Assembly (NCBI GenBank): GCA_038087875.1
Contig: CM075990.1
Span: forward strand, 5,210,001 to 5,274,000
Direction: 5' to 3'
Length of the DNA stretch: 64,000 nt
Source: Malacoraja senta
Taxonomy: Eukaryota
Below the pieces are notes generated by a model that did not search any database, was not told the DNA's origin, and worked only from the letters and a program-made list of their open reading frames with translations. Below are positions 1 to 11,943 of this stretch, piece by piece. Position 1 is the first letter of the stretch. Every line of letters begins with the position of its first letter. A program made the translations under genes and the position numbers.

Positions 1-370
1 TGCCTCCTCTAAACCTCTCAATTCTTTCAAAACGTACTTTGTCTAGTTTTTGATCCCTTTTGCTGAAGGAAAGAGTGGTAAATGGGAGGGACATACTAGG
101 CCTCCCCTCGAATTTATGCACCTCAAGTTCCCATCATCGGTGTCCCCATGGCAACAATGAACCTTGACATCATGGTGAATTTCCTCTGCCTTCTCTTTTC
201 CTACCTTCCTAAACTCTTTTCTAAAGTCACACCTTTCCTATAATGTGGTGACCAGTTACATGAGATATTCAAGCTGGGATCTAGTCAGTCTGGAACACAG
301 CTCCAGCACAATCACCCTACTGTGTCTCAGTAAACAAAAGTAAACCATCCCATAAGCATTTTAAATTTAG

Positions 371-651
371 TTCATAAGTTCCAGGAGCAGAACTAGGCCA
401 TTCGGCCCATCAAGTTGACTACGCCATTCATTCTTGGCCGATCTATCTTTCCCTCTCAAACCTATACTCCTGCCTTCGCCCCATAACCACCAGCACCTTT
501 TCTAAGCAAGAATCTGTCAAACTCTGCCTTTAAAATATCCATTGACTTGGCCCCCACAGCCGTCTATGGCATTGAATTCCACGGATTGACCAACCTCTGA
601 CTAAATAAATTCCTTCTCATCGCCTTTCTAAAGGTATGTCCTTTTATTCTG
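371..651 (-). mobile_element. CR1/HER1-type LINE 3' fragment (in scd intron)
   Basis: Minus strand encodes the RT C-terminal motif NLFSQRLVNPWNS followed by the GGCCGAATGGCC 3' hairpin and simple-repeat tail typical of CR1 ends. Confidence 0.8.
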
Positions 652-957
652 TGTGAATGTAGTGAACTTGGAGTGGTTGTAGCCTCCAAGGTCATTTTCA
701 CTCCCCCACCCACACCATCGAGCCAATTATTCTGCATCGCCTTGTTGCTCCTCCAGGATCCCATGGACATCCACATTATTTGACCAGTCTGCCGTGGAAC
801 CTTGCCAAAAATTAGAAATATATAACATTCATGAATCACAGAACACAATGTCCTTCTCATTATCTGCTCAAAAAGACAACCAGTCAGACATAACTCCTCC
901 CCCCCCCCCCGAAATCCACAGAGAGTATTGTCAATTTAGCTGAGCATTCCTAAATAA

Positions 958-1180
958 AGAAGATAGGCACAAAATGCTGGAGCAACTCTGTGGGTCGGGC
1001 AGCATCTCTGGAGAAAAGGAATAGTTGACGGTTCAGGTCTCGACCCTTCTTCTGAAGATGGGTCTCAATCCAAAAATGCATCCATTCTTTTTCTCTAGAG
1101 ATGCTGCCTGACCCGCTGAGTTACTCCAGCATTTGGTGCCTATCTTCAGTGTAAACCAGCATTTGCAGTTCCTTCCTACA
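958..1180. mobile_element. Palindromic Penelope-derived module with degenerate hammerhead cores
   Basis: ~90-bp inverted arms (aagataggcacaaaatgctggag ... ctccagcatttggtgcctatctt) around a mutated CTGAAGA-GGGTCTC...GAAA core, plus a ~35-bp 3' extension; same family as 30586-30815. Confidence 0.75.
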
Positions 1181-1449
1181 CATTTCCCAAATAAAAGTTG
1201 ATTCTGGACCCGCAGAATGGATTCCAATAATCAGCCCACTGGTGAAGTTAATCCAAACGGCCATGCAATTCTTATTTATCCATTGCGTCTATTTTAAACA
1301 GTTTATGAGCACTCCCACACTCCTCTGGCACCTCACATGCAGCCAAAGAGGATTGAAAAAAAAGGCAAGGCCCCATAATTTTCTTGTGCTTTTAAAGAAA
1401 CAGTCTGGGATACATTTCAAGCAAGCCTGTGATTTATCCACCTTCTAAA

Positions 1450-2830
1450 ATGCCAACTGTTTAACATTTCATCTTTTATGTTTGTACATCCAATATTTAG
1501 AAATCATTTTGCCTTAATGGCTAGACAACCACTGTCCTCTTTTTCCACAAGATACTCAAATAACTGTACCCACATCCACTGTGTTCACTTGCAGGTCATC
1601 TTTGGCTCTTAAGTCCTCTCTAGTTAGTCACCTTAACTTTTGCAATTAAAATTACTTTGATCTTGACCTGTTTTTCCTATTTTCCTTTTTAATTGCACAA
1701 TGACATAACCTTTCATTTTACACAGAACCTTATCCTCATGCATTTAGCCATGCACGGGAGTCTAGGTTTGCCAGTTACACACTTTTCCTTTTTGTAAATT
1801 TTCCCCACAATCTCTCAAATCCCCTTCTTAAAACCATCCTCTTGCTTTCAAGTTGCTGTTCCTAGTTCAGCAATGCCAAATCACTTTGGTCCAATAAAAC
1901 TACTCTTCCTGCAGTCTGGAAGCTCTGTTCGTTCCCATTTTATATTTGTCCTCTCCCATGACCATGTTCAATCTAATGGAAATGCAGCCACTACTACACA
2001 AAAAGCCAACACACAAATACTCTTTCCTTCTGCCTAGCTACATTCCCCAAAAATAAATCAGAAGAGACCACCATTTTGTTGGGCTTATAACATACTAGCT
2101 GTAAAAAAAAAAAAAATCCAAGTGCTATTGAGGTATTTTGTGCTCTCTATGCCTTTCCCACTGACTGCATTCCAGTTAATTTTGGGACAACTGAAATGTT
2201 CTCACTAGTACTTCCCTGGCACTTTTGCACTGGTCAACATTTTTCTCCTCATACTGTTTGGGCTCTGCAGTGCACTTCAACAGTACAATTGTTCTCCTGC
2301 TCTGCAACACAATTATCTTCACAATGCCCTTATAATGTCAGTGTTCATTTCTTTAGCCAATATTGCCACAGCTCCATCGTATCTGACCAGGAAAGCTAAG
2401 CTTCCTATCCTTATTTTAGCCATTACTGAACTATAGCTTAAAAAACTCCCAATATCCACCCTCACCCTCAATTAAAATGCCATATTTTACTATGCTCCTT
2501 GCATTTAGGCAGCTAGAATTATTTTTCCTTGTTCATTTACATACTTTTGTTCCCTCTGCTTTTTAAATTCTGATTAAACTTTGCCTCACCATTCTTTCCC
2601 CAGATTACAAAACACAACTCACATCCCTGCCAACCCAGTTTAAACCCTCTTAAATGGCAATACAAACCCCAGCCTCAACCCTGTTGAGCTACAACCCAAC
2701 TAGACAGTGCATAATGTCCCAAGTCCACAGTAATTGAAGCCCTTTCTCCTCTGCATCTAACTGTTCTGCCCACCGATTTCCACATCCACAGGGACCGGAA
2801 TCATTGAGAAATCGTAACCTCTGAACGTCA
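1450..2830 (-). mobile_element. Ancient degraded CR1 (endonuclease region and ORF1 end)
   Basis: tatgctccttgcattt at ~2491 reads N-A-R-S-I on the minus strand; other patchy matches to the intact CR1 at 23900-25200. Confidence 0.45.
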
Positions 2831-2918
2831 TGCTACTTAAACCCTTTCCAAATTCCTCAATTTCATCCTCCCCCCCCCCCCCCCCCAACCCATGTGGTTG
2901 ACAACATAATGGATCATA

Positions 2919-3224
2919 GGGTGGCACAGTAGTGCAGCTGTAAGGTAGTTGCTGCCTTACAGCTCCAGAGATCGGGTTCGACTGACTATGGGTGCTGTCT
3001 GTACGGTTTTGTATGTTCTCCCCATAACCTGCGTGGTCTTTTCGCCAAGATCTTCCGTTTCCTCCCACACTCCAAAGGCATACAGGTCTGTACGTAACTT
3101 GGCTTGGTATAAATGTAAATTGTCCTTGGTGTGTGTGGGATAGTGTTAATGTGTGGGGGATGCAGGTTGGTGAGGCCTAGGTGGGCCGAAGGGCCTATTT
3201 CCACGTGGTATCTCCAAACTAAAC
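2919..3224 (+). mobile_element. HE1-type tRNA-derived V-SINE
   Basis: A-box/B-box head (gtggcacagtagtgcagc ... gggttcgact), V-domain-like core (gttctcccc ... tttcctcccacactccaaag), CR1-like tail gggccgaagggcct ... aaactaaac. Confidence 0.85.
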
Positions 3225-5054
3225 AGACTTCATCTCTTCTCTATGTAGCTCAAATGGTATCCAGCAGCACAACAGTAAAAATAAAATGGCTGCTTTAATA
3301 TTTTAAAATTCAGTCACTGAACATAGCTATCATTAGCAAGACAGACATGGGTCCTCCATCCCCCAGCATCCGAAAGAATCAACCACATTCATGGGTCTGG
3401 AAACTTAAAAGGACAAACCAGGCAATCAGATTTATTTCCCTGAAGCACTTTAGCAAACCAGATGGTGCATTAAAATCACAATCCATTAGTTTTATGATTA
3501 CTATAACTGAGACAACTCAAAATAACTAATGTAATTACTTGAATTTAAATCCCTCAGCTGCCAATGGTGGGTTTTGAACTCATTGCTGGATCAGTGCTTC
3601 AGAACTCTAGCTGCTAATTGCTTACTTCATCATAGATACATATGGCTGCTATTCCACCCATCATGTCTACTCCAGTTCTTAACAATATACCACACTTGGG
3701 CCCATACAATTCAGTTGTAGGAGCAGAATTAGGCCATTCGGCCCCATCAAGTCTACTCCACCATTCAATCATGGCTGATCTATCTTCCCCTCTCAAACCC
3801 ATTATCCAGTGTTCTCCCCATAACCCCTGACACCCGTACTAATCAAGAATCTATGAAATCTCCATCTTAAAAATATCAATTGACTTGGCCCCTACAGCCT
3901 TCTGTGGCAATGAATTATACAGATTTACCACATTCTCATCAACTTATCCCGCCCCCCAATCTTCTTAACCACCACCTACCTATACTATGTAATTAATCTA
4001 CCAACCAGACCATCCTTGAGAGGTGGGCAACTATTGGAGTACCTGAAGGAAACCCACACATTTACAGGGTCTATTAACAAACTCCCCACTAAGAACAACA
4101 GATTGGAGTGGGGCGAGTCAAGCTGCGAGGCAGTCTCTGTACCACCCTCCATGATCATAATTTCATTTTACCCCCGTTTAATGCCACTTCACCCGGATAA
4201 ATTATTCTGCTCAACAACAGGAATTAAGAGTTGTTGAAACACCCCTTCACTGAATAAAACCCCTCATCACTACGATTCTGGTGTTGAAAAAAAATGTCGA
4301 ATTTGCTAGATTAAATTGAATTGGTCAGTAATTAACCAACCAAATGATCGAGAGACAGGCAAACAGGATTCCAATTATTGAAACTTTAATATCTTCAACT
4401 ATTGGAAGTCTGAAATAAAAACAGAAAATGTTATAAACACCCAGATTAAGCAGTACCTGTGGAAAGGCATGCATTGTTAGCCAACTGTTATTTTTCTGCA
4501 GATGCTGCCTGACCTGCTGAGTGTTTCTAGTACTTATTGCCTTCTCTGGAGTGTTTGAGTTTGATAACAGTTTATACAATTATGCAAGGCATAGATAGAC
4601 AGGGTAGACAGTCAGAACCTCCCCCCCCCCCCCACCCCCCAGGGTGGAAATAAAGGTAAGAAACATAACTCTACGTTGATAATGTGGAATCTTAAAGGAG
4701 CTATACAGGGCAAGAGTTTTATTTATTTTTACACAGATAAGATAGTGGGATTTAGGGTTTTTCAGCTAGGCAAATGGATCATGTGCAGGCATCGATTAGT
4801 TTAACATGGCATCACAGTGACCCGTTGAGTTACTCCAGAATGTGGTGCCTACGTTCAGTATTGATGTTGTGGGCCAAAGGGCCTGTTCCTGTGCTGTTCC
4901 ATGTACTATTGTTGTCTGTTTACCGTCCTCCCCCTCGTGTGAGAGGGAGGAGGGGGAAGGAGAGAGAGAGAGCGAGAGAGAGAGAGAGCACGTAATCAAT
5001 ATTCGCCTCCTCTGCAACTCACAACTGCGGGTTATTGAAGCGGAAAGACTTTAC

Positions 5055-5185
5055 CTGAAAGGCCATGGAATTGGCAATGGCCAGGAACACCCTGAGCGGC
5101 GTGGCGGCGGTGTAGGAACGGTGACTCCAGAGCCGGTGAGCGCCTGCCGTCACCCCCAGAGCGCTCAGCAGGAAACAGAAGGCGG
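5055..5185 (-). CDS. scd: Stearoyl-CoA desaturase, internal coding exon with first His box
   Basis: Translates (A)AFCFLLSALGVTAGAHRLWSHRSYTAATPLRVFLAIANSMAFQ; HRLWSH His box; 131 bp flanked by tttccctgcag acceptor and GTAAAG donor; phase 1 start matches the upstream exon. Confidence 0.96.
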
Positions 5186-5560
5186 CTGCAGGGAAAGAAA
5201 AATACGCAGTTGAATCAGCCAGTGAAAGCCTCGACAAAACAACTGCAACCTTGTTTCCACCACTGAGGGCAATGAGAGAGAGAGGGGGGGATGAGAACAA
5301 AGGGTAGTGCAAAATACTTTAATACGCAGCGAGCATTTCATGCAGAAACCGAGCGCCATTGGCAGCGCAGCGCTTAGATTAGTCACAGGAATCTAACAAC
5401 ACGTTCATTTTAAATATTATTGCATCGATTTAATCAACATGACGCATGCTATTTTGCCTCAAACTGTTGCAAATATTAATGCACCGTTTGAACACGGGGT
5501 TGCGGGGGTGGAAAAATGAAGATGCATGCGATATATATAAAAATTAAAGTTTGTTTTTAC

Positions 5561-5840
5561 CCCAGAGCCAGGTCAGAGCCTTGGCGGACGGCGCCAGTGT
5601 GAGGGCGTAGACGGCGGCGAGATGGAGAGCGCCCATCAGGATGATATTCCGCCATACCATCCTCATGGGCGGCTTGACTTTCTTCTCCACGTACGTGGTG
5701 TCGAAGGAGTCGTCGACCGGCGGGCGGTCGTCCAAGTAGCCGGGAGAAGGGGCGAGCTGGTCGTCGGCAGGCGCCGGGCTGTGACTGCGGGCCGTCATGG
5801 TGGTGGTGGTGCTGCTGCTGCTGCTGCTGCTGCTGCTCAT
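5561..5840 (-). CDS. scd: Stearoyl-CoA desaturase (SCD1-type), first coding exon
   Basis: CCACCATG Kozak start at 5840; MSSSSSSSSSTTTTMTARS...YLDDRPPVDDSFDTTYVEK...VWRNIILMGALHLAAVYALTLAPSAKALTWLW; 280 bp ending in a phase-1 G|GTAAAA donor. The start codon is less certain than the exon itself. Confidence 0.92.
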
Positions 5841-5851
5841 GGTGGTGGTGG
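5799..5851 (-). repeat. Coding (AGC)9 and (ACC)n trinucleotide repeats around the scd start
   Basis: ggtggtggtggt-(gct)9-cat-ggtggtggtgg on the plus strand; encodes poly-Ser/poly-Thr. Confidence 0.9.
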
Positions 5852-6049
5852 AGGCGGCTGTGACTGTGACTGTTGCCTGTGCGAGGCAGCAGACCAACTC
5901 CGGATAGCAACACCAGCCTGTGGCGCTGTGTGCTCTTCTGTGCTGTGCAGCCTCCGCGATGCTGATGGACAAGTGGGTGTTGTTGGGGGATGAAGATGAT
6001 CAATAAAGCAGGCGGCTGATACTTTTCGGAAGACGGAATCACATTGCAT

Positions 6050-6110
6050 TCATTGGTTCAGCTCGCTTTGGTACCACCACACCCCAGAGCTGATTGGCCA
6101 TATATTGGTG
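6050..6110 (-). promoter_or_regulatory. scd proximal promoter: three CCAAT (NF-Y) boxes with SRE-like/GGTGGTACCAAA element
   Basis: Minus strand CCAATATATGGCCAATCAGCTCTGGGGTGTGGTGGTACCAAAGCGAGCTGAACCAATGA, about 210 bp upstream of the ATG; AP-1-like TGACTCA at 6207-6213. Confidence 0.7.
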
Positions 6111-7621
6111 GCATGTTATGCTTGCAACATTCGCACACAATTACATACCTAATATATGCGCAACGCAATACAACTTTTGCACCGTGCATTCAACCAGGGT
6201 GTGGAGTGACTCATCCCCTTTTCAATTTACGTTGCTATTTGCAGCCACAAATGCATTTAAAATTAAAACTTTTTTTTTTTAATTTCACGTCGCCCCTCTT
6301 TATTTTTAATTGCTTCTCGTAAGATAACGCGCCTTTCTGGTTGGAGGCAAGTAAATATCACCTGAGCGGACGAGTCAACGGCCTATAGTAACCCAAGGAA
6401 AATATAGGTCATTGTGCCAGGATTTCCCGCAGGTCCTAGTGTCCACCAATTCAATATCTCAACCCGTGGTAATTTTAAACTCTCTGCCTTTTTAATTATT
6501 CTTTAAAAAACGGTTTAAAAATGCACGGTTGTGTATTTTGCCCCTTTTCCAAACCGCGTGAGCATGTACGATAACATTAAATGACAATTTCGAAACCCAA
6601 GTTTTAATTTAACACAGTCACAATCTTTAGTTGGGATGCTATATTCTAGCGCATTATAATTCACTCGCGTTGCAACCCTTAAACAATTAAAGAAAGTAAT
6701 GTGTGTTTTAACTTGGAGCAACATCACTCCGTGTCAAATAAACGTATCCATTGAAGGCGTGAGGAGAGGAAGAATATAAACTGTTGCTTTCAATAGGTTG
6801 CAAAGTGTAAGCATCAATCAGTGCTGATGATATAGACTAAATAATGCGGAAATATTTTTTTTCAAGTCAAGCACAAAATGGGGTTGTGACTTTATACACA
6901 TGGTAGTTACTATATAAGTTTTTACATTCCTTCCACTTCTCCCAAAAGCCTTAATTGCATCGCATGAAGCACGGATTTAAATACATGTGTTAACATTCAT
7001 GTGGTGAGGCGAAGGGGGCTGAAGAAAACGCTGCTGTTCACTTTGATATTTACAATCAAAGGCATATTGTAGTCGCTGATTTCTGCGTGTTCTTATTTGG
7101 CTCGCCGCCTGCCTCCACTTTATCCGATAGTAACCTCCTCGTCCGTCATGTGATAATCTGGGCGGACTCTCTGAGTAACAGCGAGAGAACAAATTTGGAT
7201 ACACCCCCACGTCTCTTTTTTGGTTTTTGGTTTATCGCGAAACCCCCCCCTAGCAGTAACTTGCAATATAAAGCCTGGCACTGTCCTATCAATGACAGTC
7301 CCAATCTTTCTCCAGTATTGATCATTCTCGCCAATACTTGGAAATTTCTGGTAATCTAATCTCACAGGAGTAACGATAGCAAGTTGCAGTTTGAAACCAA
7401 TACTTTTAAATGTATATCATTCCCAGTAAATGCTGCGCTCGGAATACAAATAATTGGTTTAAAAGATTAAAAAACGATTCAAACTAAAAACAAAACTGCC
7501 CAAGGTGCTACACCAGAGACTGTGAATGCAATCTGATACCATCTTACCACAACCAGAGATCAGTCCTGAGGGACAAACATCCTCATTGGAGACCCTTAAA
7601 CTATACAGACCCTTAAACGAT

Positions 7622-8122
7622 ACAGGGAGTACAGAGAAGGTTCACCAGACTGATTCCTGGGATGGCAGGACTTTCATATGAAGAAAGGCTGGATAGACTC
7701 GGCTTGTACTCGCTAGAATTTAGAAGATTGAGGGGGGATCTTATAGAAACTTACAAAATTCTTAAGGGGTTGGACAGGCTAGATGCAGGAAGATTATTCA
7801 CGATGTTGGAGAAGTCCAGAACAAGGGGTCACAGTTTAAGGATAAGGGGGAAGTCTTTTCAGACCGAGATGAGAAAATCATTTTTTACACAGAGAGTGGT
7901 GAATCTGTGGAATTCTCTGCCACAGAAGGTAGTTGAGGCCAGTTCATTGGCTATATTTAAGAGGGAGTTAGATGTGGCCCTTGTGGCTAAAGGGATCAGG
8001 GGGTATGGAGAGAAAGCAGGTACAGGATACTGAGTTGGATAATCAGCCATGATCATATTGAATGGTGGTGCAGGCTCGAAGGGCCGAATGGCCTACTCCT
8101 GCACCTATTTTCTATGTTTCTA
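7622..8122 (+). mobile_element. CR1 LINE 3' fragment inserted in a Rex1-like 3' end
   Basis: ORF 7662-8033 is the CR1 RT C-terminus (LERRRLRGDL-like; FFTQRVVNLWNSLP) with a (TTTCTATG) tail. Confidence 0.9.
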
Positions 8123-10200
8123 TATTTGATCGGACCTTACTGGCTTTATCTTGCATTAACCGTCATCCCCTTATGTATCTGTACACTGTGAATGGCTCGA
8201 CTGTAATCATGTACTGTCTTTTCGCTGACTGATTAGCACGCAACAATAGCTTTTCGCTGTACCTTGGTTCACATGACAATAAACAAAACCAAACAAGGTT
8301 TAATTAAGTGTTGACCAGGACAGATGTGAATGGATGAAATAAAATGGGAGGAAGTTTGAATGGATCATAAACACTGACACAAACCACTGAGGGTGAAAAG
8401 GGGGCATGGAAAAGCACTGGCGGGTATGAATAAGGAAAATCTCAAACCATTTTAATGCTATATTAAGGGTAATGGGTAACAAGGGACAGATTAGGGTGAT
8501 AATTCACATTGAAATGTGTAGGAATTCACACATGGAGCTTGAGGTTGAGAGTGAGTATTTCTCATCTGTACTCACTACGGAAAGGACGTGAGAAAATAGG
8601 AGCAGCAGTAGGCCACCTGGCCTCACAAGCCAATCATTAAGATCAAGCCTGCTCTGCCCCATACCCTCTGCTCCTCTCTGCCATTTCCCCTTAGCGCTCA
8701 ATTCTCTGAACTGCCAAAACATATTTACTTCCCCTTCAATGTTCTGACGCTTTTAGGCAGAGAGTTGCAGAGATCCACCAACCTCGGTGAGAAGATATTC
8801 CATCATTCCCTCATTCGTGCAATGTCGACCTGTTATGCTGATAATAATAATAATAATAATAATAAATTTTATTTATGGGCGCCTTTCAAATCTCAAGGAC
8901 ACCTTACAGATTTTACGGAATGAAATAAATAGTAAAGACATCACAAGTACACAAATTAAAAAGAATTCAATCCGAACACAAAAATCAAAAACACAGTATG
9001 GAAGATAATGCTCCTGTATATTTCAATATGACCTTGTGCTTCCAGCTCAAAGAATTAGGTGGTGCAGCTGTGGAGTTGCTGCCTTACAGCACCAGAGAAA
9101 CGAGTTTGAGCCTGTATGGAGTTTGTACGTTCTCCCCATGACAACATGGGTTTTCCCCAGGTGCTCCAGTTTCCTCCCACATTCCAAGGACTTAATGGTT
9201 AATTGGCTTTGGTAAAAATAGTAAATTGTCCTTAGTGTGTAGGATAGTGCTAATGTATGGGGATCGCTGGTCGGCGCGGACTCGGTGGGCTGAAAGGCTT
9301 GTTAGAAACAGAAAATTTGTTGCAGGAATAGGCCATTCGGCCCATCAAGCCAGCTCCGCCATTCAATATGATCATGGCTGATCATCTAAAATCAGTACCC
9401 AGTTCCTGCTTTTTCCCCTTACCCCTTGATTTCTTTAGCCCTAAGAACTAAATCGAACTCTTGAAAACATCCAGTGAATTGTCCTCCACTGCCTTCTGTA
9501 GCAGAGACTTCCACAGATTGTGGATCGTGCTGTATCTCTAAACAAAACTAATTTGGATCCAATTTCTTTGGGTTTCTTTGGTTATTTTATGGTAGTATGC
9601 ATCACACTCGCCAGGAATGAGCCTAATAAATCTCTTTTGGATTGTCTCTAATGGCAGTATATATTTTATTAAATGGATAGATGATGTTTCAGATTGGGAC
9701 TCCTCTTCAGACTCAGACTGAAGAATCACGTGTCTGAAGAAAGGTCCCGTCCTGAAAAGTCGCCTGGCCATTTCCCTCCACAGATATTGCCTGAGTTCAT
9801 CTGACTATTTGTTTTTTACATTGTTTGCTTTCCTTTGAAATGAGAAGGCTGAGGGTAGACCTGATTGAAATATACAAAGTAATGAGAGGTTTAGAAAGCG
9901 TAAACACTAAGAGATATATATCCACTGCAGTAATGCATACAAGTGGAGGTTCTAGTCTAGTTTTAAAATAAGGGTAGGAGATGTGGAAGGGATTTGTGGA
10001 AGAATTATTTCACCAAGTGAATGATTGCAATCTGGAGTACAGTGTCTGGTTGGTGGTGGAGGCAGATACTCACACAAAGTTTACAGAATATTCAGATGAA
10101 CACTTGAAATGCCGTAGAAGGCTGTGGGTTGGAGAATGGGAATTGTGTAGATGGTATGATGGAGAGCACAGACACTGTGGGCCAAAGGGCCTCATTCTAT

Positions 10201-10289
10201 AGGGCAACTTGTTCTATTTGATCTTATTTGATTGTGCATACCAGGTTGATTGCATTCGTCGAAACAGGAAGGTTGCAATCTCCCACCCC
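10201..10289 (-). mobile_element. Internally deleted copy of the ribozyme-headed SINE
   Basis: Aligns to ~11381-11472 but lacks most of L3, the P3 3' strand and part of the P1 3' strand; same GGGGTGG 5' end. Confidence 0.8.
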
Positions 10290-11332
10290 AAGCAGCTGCT
10301 GTAAATCTGAAAGAAACAGAAACTGCAGGAAATGTTCATCTGATCAGGCAGTTAATGTGGAGAGAGATAGAGAGAGCAACGGAGTCTACAGATATGAAGG
10401 GTCACTGTGTTTCTCTCTCTACATGTGCTACTGAGTAACTCCAGCACTTTTTGTATTTATTTTTCAAACATTGATTAATTGGATGGAAAAGCCTGTTTCT
10501 CTGTTGTGAATTCTGAGTCAACATCGCTGTTGCTCAATTGATGAATATCAGCAGGCTAGTTTTGCAACTTTAACATTGCAACTGAACTTTCACCTACATC
10601 TGCTTGATATCTGCGCGTCAAATGCAGACATGATTGAAGCATGTTTGTCTGCAGCTGAACCTTGTCTCCCCAATCCCAGTTCACCCATCTCTCATTTACT
10701 CCTTTACACCCTACCTAAAAAATGCATTGATGACTGCATTCCTACAAAGACAATCAGAGTCTATCCTAACCCGAATCCTTGGATGAACAAGGAGATTCAC
10801 TCTCTGTTAATGTCAAGATCCAAGGCTTTCAAGCAGGATGATCCTGCGATGTACAGGGTGTGTATGAAGGAACTGCAGGTGCTGGTTTAAGCCGAAGATA
10901 GACACAAAATGCTGGAGTAATTCAGCGGGACAGGCAGCATGTTTGGAGAGAAGGAATGGGTGATGTTTCGGGTCGAGACCCTTCTTCAGGTGGTTAAATA
11001 TGATCTCTGCAAGGTTATCAGGGATACCACAAGAGAATTCCATAACATAATGAAGACTTGGGGGAATCAAGCAATGAGCCTCAACAACTGTGGTCGTTTC
11101 TTTTAGTTTAGTTTATTGTCACGAGTGCCGAGGTACAGTGTAAACCTTTCGTTGCGTGTCAGCGGAAAGACAATAGGTGATTGCAATCGAGCAATTCACA
11201 GTGTGCAGATACATGATGAGGAAATAACGTTTAGTGCAAGGTAAAGCCAGTAAAGTACAATCAAAGATAGTCCGAGGGTCTCCGATGAGGTAGAAAGTAG
11301 TTCAGGACTGCTTCCTAATTGTTGCTACCTTC

Positions 11333-11472
11333 TTCTTCTTCTTGCGTAAGGCATGCACAACTTAAAGTTGTAGCACAACTTGTTCTATTTGATTTTATTT
11401 GATTTTGCACACCGGGTTGATTGCATTAGTCGAAACAGGGCAGACCACGTGAAGGTTGCAATCTCCCACCCC
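11333..11472 (-). mobile_element. 140-bp non-autonomous non-LTR retroelement with (AAG)n tail
   Basis: Perfect 12-bp TSD GTTGCTACCTTC (11321-11332, 11473-11484); (AAG)n 3' tail; no pol III A/B boxes. Confidence 0.88.
11419..11472 (-). ncRNA. Predicted minimal HDV-like self-cleaving ribozyme (54 nt)
   Basis: GGGGUGG-GA-GAUUGCA-ACC-UUCACGU-GGU-CUGCCCU-GUUUCGA-CUAA-UGCAAUC: 7-bp P1 with G1.U, 7-bp P2, 3-bp P3, 7-nt L3, C-G P1.1, J4/2 CUAA with candidate catalytic C at 11429. Confidence 0.85.
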
Positions 11473-11943
11473 GTTGCTACCTTCATGGGCAACAAGCCAA
11501 AATCAGATCTCTGGCAACAACTTATCTCTACCAGATGAGCTCAATTCCTTTTGCACTCACTTTGAGCTGACAAAGTTCCACTGAGGCGTATCCCGCATCA
11601 CCTGCCAAGTGCACTTACTCTTAGCGTTACCTCATTCTGTTATTCTGTTGTTATATTTTAAAATTGTAATGCAAATCTGAGTAGTCTAAAAAATGTTTTT
11701 TTTTGCATTACTTGGATGTGTATTACAATTTTGCACCTTCTGCTCTTTTGTACTCATCATTCTATTTATTATAGTCATGCAGGATGGCCACAGGCCCTAT
11801 AGCCCAACTTGTCCAGGCCGACTAAGAAGTGGTCTTCTTTAAGTGGTCTAATGCCCTATAGAAGCATGTCCCATTTGCCCACATTTGGCCCCTATCCCTC
11901 TAATCTCTTCCTATTTACATACCTGTCCAAGTGGGTTTATTGT

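Noticed and set aside
958..1180. Active hammerhead inside the scd pre-mRNA
   Set aside because: On the scd sense strand the core reads CAGAAGA...GAACC, with both conserved motifs mutated.
1..5054. Further scd exons (second and third His boxes)
   Set aside because: No NDIYEW/DHRxHH-type coding sequence found on the minus strand; probably beyond the left edge.
5841..5972. N-terminal extension of SCD suggested by the ORF track
   Set aside because: It starts at TTG, not ATG, and has no SCD similarity; likely 5' UTR.
6023..6049. 27-nt coding micro-exon MQCDSVFRK spliced in frame to 5876
   Set aside because: The length matches mammalian exon 1 as I recall it, but the ATG abuts the proximal CCAAT box, the donor (AAA|GTATCA) is weak and the peptide is unrelated.
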